Source of the DNA: Bacteroidota bacterium
GTDB taxonomy: Bacteria; Bacteroidota; Bacteroidia; J057; JADKCL01
Direction of reading: 5' to 3'
DNA length: 64,000 bases
Assembly: GCA_031424495.1 (NCBI GenBank)
Contig: JANPHP010000034.1
Coordinates: 28,804-92,803, forward strand
A model generated the notes under the pieces. It was not told the DNA's origin and did not search any database. It was given only the letters and a program-made list of their open reading frames with translations. A program made the position numbers and the translations under genes. Shown in pieces: positions 37,857 to 48,322 of the stretch; the stretch's first letter is position 1, and each line of letters opens with the position of its first letter.

Positions 37857-39251
37857 CTACAATGCCCGCAACTGTTCCAGCAATTTCTCAAACTGTGGAT
37901 CGGCGCGGAGAGCCGCAAATTCTGGGTCGGATGCGAGACGGTCTGCATCCTTGAAGCCGAGCGTCTGCGCTGCAAGTAAGGTAGCCATCGCATCGGCGGG
38001 GCGGTTTTCGCGCATGCGCACCTGCGCGGTGAGGTAGGGCCCCTCGGGATTGGGCGGATCGACGAGCTTGTAGATCTCGAGGAAATGCTCTACCGTAGGC
38101 AGGGCATTGGCCTTGAGGGCGCCGTCGATTTGGAAATAGGTGTTCAAGCTCAGGAAATTGAGCACGCGGTGGCGCAAGAAATAGGCGTCGCTACCTTGTG
38201 GCTTGCTCATCGGATTCAATTTGCCAGTAAGGGTGCGCCATTCGTCTACGCTCTTGGTGCCGAGCTGTGGCACATATTCCTCGCGCAGGGCCATTTCTTC
38301 CTCGGCCTCCTTGTTTTCGGCGGCGCGGCCTGCGGCCCAGGCTGGGCTGCCTTGCAGCTTGGCGAGTTCTGCTTTTTCGGCCGTGACATCTGCCAAGCCA
38401 TCGAGCTTGGCGACGACAGCTTTGTAAGCTCGCCAGGTCGTGAGCGCATTTGACTTGAATAAGGTGCTCAATCGCTGCCGGGCGACTGCCACGAGCGAAT
38501 CCGCCTGGACATTGTTTCCCTCCATTCCCCGCAGGGTCACAAACTCCAAGGCCTCGCTCATCACCGCAGCACTCGGCCACTCATGCCCGCCTTCCCAATA
38601 CTGAATGATATGTCTTTGGGCCGTGCCATCCAGCACATCCTCCAGTTGGCGCAGCTCTTGGTAATTGAAGTCCTTTTTGCCGATGATCGCATCGTAATTA
38701 AAGGTGTCGCCCTCACGTGGCTGAAAACCTGCCGAGCAGGCAATCACGCTCCGCACCTCGGGCCGACTCTGGGCGATGGCAGCCGCCACCCTTGCGCCGC
38801 CCGAGAAGCCCGAAACCGTGATCCGCTTTTCGTCGAGCTTGAATTTGAGTTTGAGATCGGCCATGAGCTGATCGTAGATCGCCAAGCCCTGATTGGGCTG
38901 TTGCCCGTTTTTGGAATTGTTGCTGCCCACTAGCAGGACCTGGTACTGGTCGGCGAGGCTTTGGTATTGCGTCACCGGATCTTTGCCCCGGGCATGGGAG
39001 TCGAAAAATATCACCACCGGAATCGGCTGACCGACATTGTAACTCGGCGGCAGGTAGTAGGCAAATGAGGCATCCTTGGTTCCAGAGACAGCTTCGAATG
39101 GCACAAATTTTCCGAGTTCGCGCGGGAGCGGGGGTGCTGGCGTGCTTGCTGGGGTCGTGGGGGCGGATGCAGGGGAATGTGACTTGGATTCGCTGCAGGC
39201 CGATGCCATGCCACAGACAACCAAGCTCAACAAAATCAAAAAGTGGCGCAT
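37857..39251 (-). CDS. Alpha/beta-hydrolase (esterase/depolymerase-like) lipoprotein
   Basis: Lipoprotein signal (…LVVCGMASACS). Nucleophile elbow GFSGGA. C-terminal helical extension. Confidence 0.65.
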   Translation of the reverse strand: MRHFLILLSLVVCGMASACSESKSHSPASAPTTPASTPAPPLPRELGKFVPFEAVSGTKDASFAYYLPPSYNVGQPIPVVIFFDSHARGKDPVTQYQSLADQYQVLLVGSNNSKNGQQPNQGLAIYDQLMADLKLKFKLDEKRITVSGFSGGARVAAAIAQSRPEVRSVIACSAGFQPREGDTFNYDAIIGKKDFNYQELRQLEDVLDGTAQRHIIQYWEGGHEWPSAAVMSEALEFVTLRGMEGNNVQADSLVAVARQRLSTLFKSNALTTWRAYKAVVAKLDGLADVTAEKAELAKLQGSPAWAAGRAAENKEAEEEMALREEYVPQLGTKSVDEWRTLTGKLNPMSKPQGSDAYFLRHRVLNFLSLNTYFQIDGALKANALPTVEHFLEIYKLVDPPNPEGPYLTAQVRMRENRPADAMATLLAAQTLGFKDADRLASDPEFAALRADPQFEKLLEQLRAL

Positions 39252-39337
39252 GATCGATTCCAACATTAGTCTGCACCAAAGGTAAACAAAACTGGTTTCG
39301 GGAAATGCACCGTAACTTGCAGTCCTACAATTGCACA

Positions 39338-40003
39338 ATGTCACACAAGAAATCAGCACTTCTCATCGGCGCCACGGGTTTGGTCGGCGGCGCACTCCTT
39401 GGGCAACTGCTCGACGATCCCGATTACGACCGGGTCACGATCTTCGTGCGCCGCAGCACGGGCCGCTCGCATCCCAAACTCGTCGAACATGTGATTGATT
39501 TTGGGCAAATGAGCACTTGGGCATCCTTGGTGAAAGGCGATGTCGCCTTCTCGGCGCTGGGCACGACCCGGGCGCAGGCTGGCAGCACGAGCGCGCAGCG
39601 CGTGGTCGACTACGATTACCAATATGCCTTTGCGCAGACTGCCGCCGCCAATGGCGTTGCGGCTTATGTGCTCTGCTCCTCGGTCGGCGCCAATCCACGG
39701 GCTGGCGCGGCCTATATGAAAATGAAGGGCGAACTCGACCGCGACGTGGCCTTGCTGCCCTTTGCATGCGTGCACATCTTGCGCCCCGGCCCGCTCACGG
39801 GTCCGCGCGAGAAGCCGCGCTTTGGCGAGGGCGCCGTTGTTTCCATCCTCGGGGCCTTCAATGCGATCGGTCTTTTTAAGCAGTACCGTCCAATCACGGG
39901 CGAGCAGGTCGCGCAGGTGATGCGCAAGGTCGCCCTGCTACCCGGCAAGCCCGCCATCGTGCACGAGCCTGACGATCTCTTCCGGATCTTGGCGTCAAAA
40001 TGA
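39338..40003 (+). CDS. NAD(P)H-binding Rossmann protein (atypical SDR / HTATIP2-like)
   Basis: LLIGATGLVGGALL glycine-rich dinucleotide motif at N-terminus. ~220 aa. Confidence 0.7.
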   Translation: MSHKKSALLIGATGLVGGALLGQLLDDPDYDRVTIFVRRSTGRSHPKLVEHVIDFGQMSTWASLVKGDVAFSALGTTRAQAGSTSAQRVVDYDYQYAFAQTAAANGVAAYVLCSSVGANPRAGAAYMKMKGELDRDVALLPFACVHILRPGPLTGPREKPRFGEGAVVSILGAFNAIGLFKQYRPITGEQVAQVMRKVALLPGKPAIVHEPDDLFRILASK

Positions 40004-40080
40004 AGCTTGCAACAAATTGTACACTCTGAAGTTTCAATGTCGGGGCGATCTACTATCTTCCCCCTAAATTCATCAAAGCA

Positions 40081-40509
40081 ATGAAAAGAAATGCAACCGC
40101 CATCTGGAATGGCACCGGCCGCGAAGGCAGCGGCACCCTGAGTACCCAAAGCGGCGCGCTCGACAAAATGGCTTATACCTTTAAGTCACGCACCTCTGAG
40201 CCCGACGGCTCATCGGCCACCAATCCTGAAGAGCTCATCGCGGCTGCCCACGCTGGCTGCTTCACGATGTTCCTCAGCTTTCAACTCGCTGGCGCGAATT
40301 TCCCCGCCGACGAATTGGACACCAAAGCCATACTCACCCTCAAAACCGAAGGTGGTTTGGCAGTCGAGTCCATCGACCTCGTCGTCGCCGGCAAGGTGCC
40401 CGGCATCACAGACGAGCTCTTTCAAGAACTTGCACTGAAAGCCAAAGAAGGCTGCCCGATCTCCAAGCTCTTCAACTGCGCGATCACGCTGGAAGCTAAA
40501 TTGGTCTGA
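40081..40509 (+). CDS. OsmC/Ohr-family peroxiredoxin
   Basis: Two conserved Cys contexts (AAAHAGCF and EGCPISK) at OsmC spacing. 142 aa. Confidence 0.8.
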   Translation: MKRNATAIWNGTGREGSGTLSTQSGALDKMAYTFKSRTSEPDGSSATNPEELIAAAHAGCFTMFLSFQLAGANFPADELDTKAILTLKTEGGLAVESIDLVVAGKVPGITDELFQELALKAKEGCPISKLFNCAITLEAKLV

Positions 40510-40524
40510 GTACCAATTCATCTT

Positions 40525-40570
40525 GCGGCCGCAAATTCAAGCTCAGCTTGGATTTGCGGCCGTTTGTTTT
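40525..40570 (+). terminator. Rho-independent terminator
   Basis: gcggccgcaaat...atttgcggccg + TTTGTTTT. Confidence 0.7.
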
Positions 40571-40845
40571 GCATTCGCTCGAGATGCCCACAGAAATTCG
40601 ACCAATACCTGACGATTTACAGCTGAATGACCAACATTCATCATGGTCTCACGTATGAGCCAACCAAAGGCAGCACGAGTTCATCGGCTACCTACACGAC
40701 ATGCTACACAACACTGATCCGCCCCTCGCCTAAACGGCTCGACTGAACAAACATTCAGCCCCGTCAATTTCTTACGCTTCGCCTCCGAGCCATTGGGGGT
40801 AATCCATATTTATCAATTCTATTCAATCTCAACTCCAACAAAAAA

Positions 40846-42762
40846 ATGGGAGCAAATCAACTATTGGCCTTCTGGTGGGTACTTCCTATCGTGGCTAGCC
40901 TGGTATTTTACAAAATCGTTTTGCGGTTTTTCTTCGGCATGGTGATCGTGCCCGAAAGCAAGACCGGCCTCGTCACCAAAAAGTTTGTGCTTTTTGGGGC
41001 AAACAAGGAACTGCCCGATGGGCGCATCATCGCCACCCAAGGGGAGGCTGGTTTTCAAGCCAAGACCCTCGCACCGGGCATCTATTTCTGGAAATGGATG
41101 TGACAGTATGAAATCAAAATGGAAGAATTCACGGTGATCCCAGAGGGCATGATCGGCCTCGTGCTCGCCCGGGACGGTGCGGAGATTCCCACAGGTGGCA
41201 TCCTCGCCCGCAAGGTGGATTGTGACAACTTTCAAGACGCCGAGCACTTCCTCACCAATGGCGGTCAGCGCGGCCGCCAAACGACTTACATCACAGCAGG
41301 TTCTTACCGCGTGAACACGCTCTTGTTTCACGTCACGATCGCCAGCATGGTGCGCATCCAAGAAAGCATGATCGGCATCATCACCACGCTCGATGGCGAG
41401 CCGATCGAAAGCGGGCAGATTGCTGGCAAGCTCATCGAAGGGCACAACAATTTCCAGGACTTCGACCATTTTTTGCAGCACGGCGGTAACCGTGGCCTGC
41501 AACCACAGGTCATTCTCTCCGGCTCCTACAACCTGAATCCGTGGGCGGTGCAAGTCGAGGAATGCCGCATGACCGAAATCCCGATCGGCTATGTTGGGGT
41601 GGTAATTTCCTACATCGGCCAAGACGGCATGGACCTCACCGGCGTCGACTTCAAGCATGGCAATATCGTAGAGAAGGGCTACAAAGGCGTCTGGGCAGAG
41701 CCGCTCGGTCCTGGTAAATATGCGATCAATAAGTACACGATGAAGGTCGAGCTCGTGCCCACGACCAACCTGGTGCTCAACTGGGCCACGGCGCGCACCG
41801 AGTCCCACAACCTCGACAAGAACTTGAGCACAATAACTGTGCGGTCTCGCGACGGCTTCCCCTTCAACCTCGATGTCTCGCAGATCATCCACGTGCCCAA
41901 TATCGAGGCCCCCAAGGTCATCGCCCGATTCGGCAACATGACCAATCTGGTGTCGCAGGTGCTGGAGCCGACGATCGGCAACTACTTTCGCAACTCGGCG
42001 CAGGAAGCAGACGTGATCGCCTTTCTCACCACACGCAAGGAGCGGCAGGAATCGGCCAAGCGGCATATCAAGCAGGTGCTCGACGAGTACAACGTGAATG
42101 CAGTGGACACTCTGATCGGCGATATCGTGCCGCCTGACTCTTTGATGAAGACGCTCACGGACCGCAAGATTGCTGAGGAACAGAAGGTGACCTACGAGAC
42201 CCAGCGCGAGGCGCAAGAAACCCGCCAAGGGATGGAGAAGGAAACGGCCATCGCCGATATGCAGCGGCAGATCGTGAGCGCACAGCAAAGCGTGGAGATC
42301 GCCGAGCGCACCGCGAGTGCTGCGGTGAAAAAATCTGAAGGCGAAGCCGCAAGCGTGAAGCTCAATGTCGGCGCCGAGTCCGAAGCGACCAAGTTGAGGG
42401 CCCATGCCGAAGCGGAGGCGATGCTCGCCAAGGCGCAAGCCGAGTCGCAATCGGTGAAGTTGCGCGCCGACGCGCATGCACGGGAGATCGCGCTCACCGG
42501 CGACGCCGAGGCTGGCAAGATCCTAGCGATCGGCAAAAGCACGGCCGAGGCCTACCAACTCGCGGTGGGGGCATTGGGAAGTGAAAACTTCACGCGCTTC
42601 AAAATCACAGAGGAATTGGCCAAGGGCCACATCAAGCTGATGCCCGAGGTCCTGATCGGCGGCGGCAACGGCCAAGGCAACGCCATGGAAGGCATGCTGG
42701 GATTGAGGCTGCTAGAAATGATGTCCCCGGAGAATCACAATTTACAGAATTCCGAGAATTGA
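40846..42762 (+). pseudogene. Flotillin-like SPFH-domain protein interrupted by a single in-frame TGA (40846..41103 + 41119..42762, same frame)
   Basis: The 85-aa upstream ORF carries the N-terminal TM anchor and the start of the SPFH domain. The 547-aa downstream ORF continues the SPFH domain and flotillin-like E/A/Q-rich coiled coil. They are separated only by TGA at 41101-41103 and 5 codons, in the same frame. Confidence 0.55.
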
Positions 42763-43345
42763 GCGTCGAGTCGAATTCTGGGTGGTCATGGGCTGAGGGA
42801 TGATTTATGATTGTCTCAATCCACTCAAAAAGAAAGGCGAGCTTCACAGCTCGCCTTTCAAATTCCTATACAAGTCCTACCTCATCAAACAGAATTGAGC
42901 ATAATTTGATCAGAATTTGATCAGAATTTACAGAATTCGCAGAATCGAGCATGGTGTCGAATTCTGCGCATAATTTATAGAATTCAAAGAATCGAGCGTG
43001 GGGTTGAATTCTGGATGATTAATAGGTTGCATGTTGCAGCCCTAAGCAACTCCAAGAAGCAAGAAAGGCGAGCTTTGCGGCTCGCCTTTCAAATTCCTAT
43101 TCCAAGTCCTACCTCATCACACAGAATTTGATCAGAATTTTCAGAATTCGCAGAATCGAGCATCGTGTTGAATTTTGGGTGGTGACGGGCTGAGGGATGA
43201 TTTATGATTGTCTCAATCCACTCAAAAAGAAAGGCGAGCTTTGCGGCTCGCCTTTCAAATTCCTATTCCAAGTCCTACGTCATCACCCAGAATTCAACAC
43301 GCTAAGTGATTCGGTAAATTCTGCAAATTCTGCTCCTTAGAGGAC
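42745..43345. repeat. Complex tandem/inverted repeat array (~200-bp units with terminator-like hairpin) plus GAATTCTG-family terminal element
   Basis: Three copies of ...ctgagggatgatttatgattgtctcaatccactcaaaaagaaaggcgagcttYRcRgctcgcctttcaaattcctatWcMaagtcctac... (42790-42895, 43050-43130 partial, 43190-43300). They are interleaved with cagaatt(c/t)g / gagcRtSgtgtYgaatt motifs. The array overlaps the last codons of the flotillin-like gene and the stop of the downstream minus gene. Confidence 0.6.
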
Positions 43346-44719
43346 GATGATCTTTTGGGTGGTTGCGCGGCCTTGGGCATCGCGCAGCTCGACAAAGTAC
43401 ATGCCCGACTGCATGCCTTCGCGGCTGATCTCGGTGCGGTTGGTGGTGAGACCCTTGCGATCGAGCACGACCTGGCCAGTCACGCTGATGACGCTGATGT
43501 CATAGGTGCTACACTCCCAGCAATTTACTTCGATCACGGTAGAGGTGCTGAAGGGGTTGGGGTAAACCGAGAAGCTGGAAGCAGTTGCAACCGAGGTTCC
43601 GACGACGACAGTACAAGCATTGTAATCCCAGATCGGGAGGATAGTGTCGGTGAGCTGACCGGTGATGTTGAGCACGCGGTTGAAGCCACTGATACCGTTG
43701 CTAGCGCCGCAGCCGAGGGCGAGGAAATTGGCCGTCTCGCCGTCTGGATCGCCTTGGTTGCCGTTGTAAAATTTGAATTGGTATTCGCTAGGAACGATGC
43801 TTTGTGTGATCTCATAGACGAAATCGCTGTTGGCGTCGGTCATGAGCAGGGTGTCCTTGACCCAAGCTGGGTTTTGGAATGAGCCAGCCACAAAGAGGCC
43901 ATTGACGTTCACGATTTCATTGCTCATGTTCACGCGGAAGGTCACGTTGATTGCAGGAAGCGGGGCAACGCAAGCAGCTGCGCAAGATGCAAAGCAGTGA
44001 ACTGGGATCACTTGTGGGCCTGGGCCTGCGACGATGACTTCACGGTTGTTGTTGACAGCGCAGCCGCTAGGCACGCTCTCGTCGGTACCCCAAGCGGCGC
44101 CATTCAAGTATTTGTAGGCATAGGTACCTTCTGGCAGACGCACGGTGAGGGTATAGATGCTGTCGTTGTTTGGATCGGAAAGCACGGTGGAACCGGGGGT
44201 CCAGTCGCTCCAACCTGCGCCGGGAACGTCGCCTTGGAAGTCACCTGCTACAGACACAGTTGGGGCGATCGTGCGATAACGCATGTCGACTTGGAAGGTC
44301 ACGTCGACGGTGTCGACGACAGTTGGGCAAGCGGCACACTGACCGAAGCATACCACAGGGATTGTTGTGGCTCCAGAAACCGTGAGACCACGGTTGCCAT
44401 TCACTTGGCAAATGCCAGGTACGCCTTCGTCGGTGCCCCATGCAGCGCCATTGAGAAACTTGTACTCGTAGGTACCTGCAGGCAACTGCACTGTGATGTC
44501 ATACACGCCGTCTGAATTGGCGTCGGTGAGGATCGTCGAGCCTGGAGTCCAGTCCGAAGGGAAACCAGCGGCTGCTTGGAAGCTACCAGCAACCGACACA
44601 GTGTCGTCCACGACTGCCACTTGGCTCATGTCCACCTGAAAGGTGACGGCAAAGTTCTGCGCCATGGCAGACAATGTCGCAACCAGCAAAAGGCAAAGTG
44701 TAAGGTAAATTTTTCTCAT
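43337..44719 (-). CDS. Secreted protein with three ~95-aa repeated domains and T9SS C-terminal sorting domain
   Basis: Signal MRKIYLTLCLLLVATLSAMAQ. Three repeats (FQVDMS...GAAWGTDE...P...C). Por-type CTD (…VYPNPFSTSTVIEV…GMYFVEL…). Confidence 0.7.
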   Translation of the reverse strand: MRKIYLTLCLLLVATLSAMAQNFAVTFQVDMSQVAVVDDTVSVAGSFQAAAGFPSDWTPGSTILTDANSDGVYDITVQLPAGTYEYKFLNGAAWGTDEGVPGICQVNGNRGLTVSGATTIPVVCFGQCAACPTVVDTVDVTFQVDMRYRTIAPTVSVAGDFQGDVPGAGWSDWTPGSTVLSDPNNDSIYTLTVRLPEGTYAYKYLNGAAWGTDESVPSGCAVNNNREVIVAGPGPQVIPVHCFASCAAACVAPLPAINVTFRVNMSNEIVNVNGLFVAGSFQNPAWVKDTLLMTDANSDFVYEITQSIVPSEYQFKFYNGNQGDPDGETANFLALGCGASNGISGFNRVLNITGQLTDTILPIWDYNACTVVVGTSVATASSFSVYPNPFSTSTVIEVNCWECSTYDISVISVTGQVVLDRKGLTTNRTEISREGMQSGMYFVELRDAQGRATTQKIIVL

Positions 44720-44939
44720 AACCTGTATTTGATTCAAATTGAAACGATACAATGCAAAGTGTGTATATGACACTAAGTTAAGTACAAATAACCATTTCAC
44801 ATGCAAAAAAAATTTGACCAGCCTACAATTGCCCTAAAATCAATCTTGTCCTCATGGCTGTACAGGAAAAATATTGCCGATCGCTCTGAATTGTTTAGCA
44901 TTGTGCCATCGCATTTTCAGTACACATGAGGCTGCAACT

Positions 44940-45659
44940 ATGAAAACCTTCCAAAGCGATTTGTCAGGAAACCCATTCCCCCTTGCGGATAAGATTGCGG
45001 GTAAAGACCTACAAAAATCCATCTTTGAATTCATCCAGCGTAGCCATCCAGGATTTTCAGAGGAATCCTTTCTGGGTTTCGGCGAGCTCAATTTGCTCAG
45101 AAAACAATACGTTGCCGACTTTTTGGAGCATGAAGAGCTGGATCTCTCGGGCTTGCAGCAAACGGTTGTCAATGCGCTCAACCGCGATGCACTGCTCTCC
45201 AACGAGCTGGAAAATGAAGGCGGCGATCCCTTGACGACTGGGCAAATGTTGGCTGACAAAGTGGCCTCATTTGGTGGCAGTTGGCGCTTCATCATCTCAT
45301 TTGGCATTTTTATCTTGATATGGATTGTGCTCAATGTCGTCTTGCTCATGCAGAAGGCTTTTGATCCGTATCCTTTCATTTTGCTCAATCTCATTCTGTC
45401 TTGCATCGCATCCTTGCAAGCGCCCGTGATCATGATGAGTCAAAACCGCCAAGAGGACAAGGACCGTGAGCGGTCGCGCAAAGACTATATGATCAACCTC
45501 AAAAGCGAACTCGAAATCCGTATTCTCCATGAAAAAATAGACCACCTGATCTTGCACCAACAGCGACAACTCATCGAGATTCAAAAAATGCAGGTCGATA
45601 TGATGAATGAAATTTTGGCAAAAATGGATCGGCAAGAAAGTGATCCTGCAGAAGCTTGA
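44940..45659 (+). CDS. DUF1003-family membrane protein
   Basis: Two TM helices and the conserved …LLNLILSCIASLQAPVIMMSQNRQ… block, then coiled coil. Confidence 0.65.
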   Translation: MKTFQSDLSGNPFPLADKIAGKDLQKSIFEFIQRSHPGFSEESFLGFGELNLLRKQYVADFLEHEELDLSGLQQTVVNALNRDALLSNELENEGGDPLTTGQMLADKVASFGGSWRFIISFGIFILIWIVLNVVLLMQKAFDPYPFILLNLILSCIASLQAPVIMMSQNRQEDKDRERSRKDYMINLKSELEIRILHEKIDHLILHQQRQLIEIQKMQVDMMNEILAKMDRQESDPAEA

Positions 45660-45738
45660 ACCTTGTAAATTAGGGCAATGTGTCGCTTGTCGACGTGGGA
45701 TGTTTTCCCGCATCCATAAAAATTCTGAAATTCAGGCC

Positions 45739-46995
45739 ATGAAGTGGAAAATGCTAATGCTTGCCTTGGTCATAGTGACCGGCGCCCAAGCCCAAACACC
45801 TTACAAGACTTTGTTTTTGGGCAATAGCTATACTTATGTGAACGACTTGCCCGCCATCGTGCAAAGCCTCACTTGGGCGGGTGGCGACACACTCACCCGC
45901 GACATGTATGCGCCAGGAGGCTATACCCTGCAGGGCCACAGTACCAATGCCAATTCATTGAGCAGAATCAGGTCGGATGCGTGGGACTTTGTCGTGCTGC
46001 AAGAGCAGAGCCAACTCCCCTCATTTCCACAGAGTCAGGTTCAGCAAGATGTCTATCCCTATGCCACACAACTCAATGACAGCATCAAAGCGAATGACAG
46101 CTGCACCGTCACGGTGTTTTACATGACTTGGGGCCGCAAACATGGCGACGCCAGCAACTGTGGCTTTTGGCCGCCGGTCTGCACCTATGCCGGCATGCAA
46201 GCCGAGCTGCGCCGCAGCTACCTGAACATGGCCAATCAAAACAATGCCTTGCTTGCGCCATGTGGCAGCGCTTGGTGGGAATCGATCAAACGCGACAGCA
46301 CCCTCGAGCTCTATGACGGCGACCAAAGTCATCCTGCCTATACCGGAAGCTACCTCAATGGTTGCGTCTTCTATGCCACGATGTACCGCCGCAGCCCAGT
46401 GGGCCTCAATTTCTACGGTAGCCTCGACTCGACAACAGCGCGATTTTTGCAACAGGTCGCACACGATGTGGTCTTTGACAGCCTCGTGCAGTGGCGCGTG
46501 GGCCTCGACGACGTCGCCGCAGATTGGACGTGGGTCAGCGATTTCCAAGGCAATACCAACTTTAGCAATACTTCGGTGAATGCCACGAGCTATCAATGGA
46601 CATTTGGAGACGGCGGCACTTCCACGCAGGCAAATCCCTTGCATCAGTATGGCAGCCCCGGCCTATTTCCGGTGACGCTGATCGCAACCGATGGCTGCAC
46701 CACCGACACGCTCACGGATACCGTCGAGATCATCTTGGTGGGCCTCAAGGACCCGCTTGCTGCCGACCTCCACATTTCGCCGAATCCCAGCGAGGGTATT
46801 TTTGCGATTGCCGGCGCCTTGGATGCAGATGGCATGCTGCAAGTCACCGACTTGCAAGGCCGCACCGTGTTCCAGACAGTCGTCACAGCCTCGGCCGGCA
46901 GATTTGCCACGACCGTGGACCTGCGCGGCCTTGCGCGGGGCACCTATCTGCTGCGCATCGACGGTGCACGGGCACAGCGGCTGCTCATTCATTGA
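45739..46995 (+). CDS. SGNH-hydrolase-like (DUF4886-like) protein with PKD domain and T9SS C-terminal domain
   Basis: Signal peptide. N-terminal LFLGNSYTY…DFVVLQEQS block. PKD-like TFGDGGTST…HQY…G…VTL. C-terminal Por sorting domain. Confidence 0.65.
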   Translation: MKWKMLMLALVIVTGAQAQTPYKTLFLGNSYTYVNDLPAIVQSLTWAGGDTLTRDMYAPGGYTLQGHSTNANSLSRIRSDAWDFVVLQEQSQLPSFPQSQVQQDVYPYATQLNDSIKANDSCTVTVFYMTWGRKHGDASNCGFWPPVCTYAGMQAELRRSYLNMANQNNALLAPCGSAWWESIKRDSTLELYDGDQSHPAYTGSYLNGCVFYATMYRRSPVGLNFYGSLDSTTARFLQQVAHDVVFDSLVQWRVGLDDVAADWTWVSDFQGNTNFSNTSVNATSYQWTFGDGGTSTQANPLHQYGSPGLFPVTLIATDGCTTDTLTDTVEIILVGLKDPLAADLHISPNPSEGIFAIAGALDADGMLQVTDLQGRTVFQTVVTASAGRFATTVDLRGLARGTYLLRIDGARAQRLLIH

Positions 46996-47078
46996 CCTCG
47001 GCTTGGACAATTTCCCATGTATGCTTGCACAAGTCATGCAGCTGATGGATATTGTCTCGCATTCACCAAAATCACGAA

Positions 47079-47651
47079 ATGGCTAAGCCCCCCAAGACAC
47101 CTGCTGAGCGCTTCCTCACGCACTTGCATAAAATTTTTCAGGTCGAACCCGAATTTTTCCCAATGCAGCAGGGTGATTCGTCGCTGCCTGCTGTGACGGC
47201 CTTGGTTTACCATGACGTTCCAGAGCCAGGGTTCATGACCGGGATCACCTATGGGCTTTCGCTCGCCAACCATCCCGATTGGAAATTTGGGCGGCCAGAG
47301 TTGTGCATCACAGTGGAGTCAGGAGAGCCTGCATGGGCGACCGTCGCAGCCTTTGTCGCCAATGCCATGCGTGGTGATTGCCCATTTACCTACGGCTCGA
47401 CCATCAATTTTCATGAAAAGATTCATGAGCAATCTGAAATGTCGGCCTTCTTTGTGTTTGCGCCAAGCATTTTGGAGCGCGACCAATATTCCGACATCGA
47501 GATCGGCGCGCCCTACAAGATCAATATTGCAGGCCTGTATCCGATTTACGAATCCGAGATCGACCAGATAGCCCTCTTGGGGCTCAAGGACTTCTGGCAC
47601 CACGACAATTTTGATCCTTTTGATGTGCGCCGCAAACCCGTCGGCAGCTGA
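47079..47651 (+). CDS. SUFU-like domain protein
   Basis: ~190 aa with the bacterial SUFU-family core. This fold is frequently an immunity protein in polymorphic toxin systems. Confidence 0.45.
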   Translation: MAKPPKTPAERFLTHLHKIFQVEPEFFPMQQGDSSLPAVTALVYHDVPEPGFMTGITYGLSLANHPDWKFGRPELCITVESGEPAWATVAAFVANAMRGDCPFTYGSTINFHEKIHEQSEMSAFFVFAPSILERDQYSDIEIGAPYKINIAGLYPIYESEIDQIALLGLKDFWHHDNFDPFDVRRKPVGS

Positions 47652-47667
47652 TTGGCCCCCCACAGAC

Positions 47668-48189
47668 ATGCCCATCACCTATCGCCGCCTTTTGCCCGCC
47701 GACATTCCGCAGTACCGCGCGGTGCGCTTGGAATGCTTGCGCGAGCATCCTCACAATTTTGGGGCGAGTTATGCGTCGCAAGCGCAGTTACCCAAGCTTT
47801 GGATGGAGACGCAGATCGAGTCGGGCAGCGAGGAGGCATTTGCTTACGGAGCGTTTGACGGGGAAAAATTGATCGGGATTTGTGGACTCAACCGTGATCA
47901 GATAGAGGGTCGCCGCCATGTTGCGAGCGTGGTGCAGATGTATGTGCAGGCAGCCTATACTGGCCAAGGCATCGGTCAGGCTCTCCTGCAAGCCCTCATG
48001 GATGCGGCTTGGCAGATCCCAGGGCTAGAGCAACTCGTGCTCGATGTGGTCACGAGCAGCCAAAGTGCAATCTATTTGTATGGCAAGCTCGGCTTTGAGC
48101 AATATGGCTTTCACAAGGATTATTTGAAGGTTGGGGACTATTACCAAGATGCTTTGATGATGGTGCGTTTTCGGGGGAATGAAGAATAA
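47668..48189 (+). CDS. GNAT family N-acetyltransferase
   Basis: Acetyl-CoA motif A region (…QGIGQALLQALMDAA…) with Q/RxxGxG/A. ~175 aa. Confidence 0.75.
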   Translation: MPITYRRLLPADIPQYRAVRLECLREHPHNFGASYASQAQLPKLWMETQIESGSEEAFAYGAFDGEKLIGICGLNRDQIEGRRHVASVVQMYVQAAYTGQGIGQALLQALMDAAWQIPGLEQLVLDVVTSSQSAIYLYGKLGFEQYGFHKDYLKVGDYYQDALMMVRFRGNEE

Positions 48190-48322
48190 TAAAGCAGGCC
48201 CGTGTGTAAGCCGATGACAGCTGCATCGCCAACGCAGAAAAGGTCGCAACGGACAACACCACAAAGGCCACAGACTCGATCGCAGGCTCGCCATTCCGCA
48301 AAATTTCCTCACCTTTGCGGCC

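Noticed and set aside
42745-43345. Possible CRISPR array
   Set aside because: Repeat units are ~200 bp, imperfect, contain internal inverted repeats, and have no unique spacers of regular length. No cas genes in the window.
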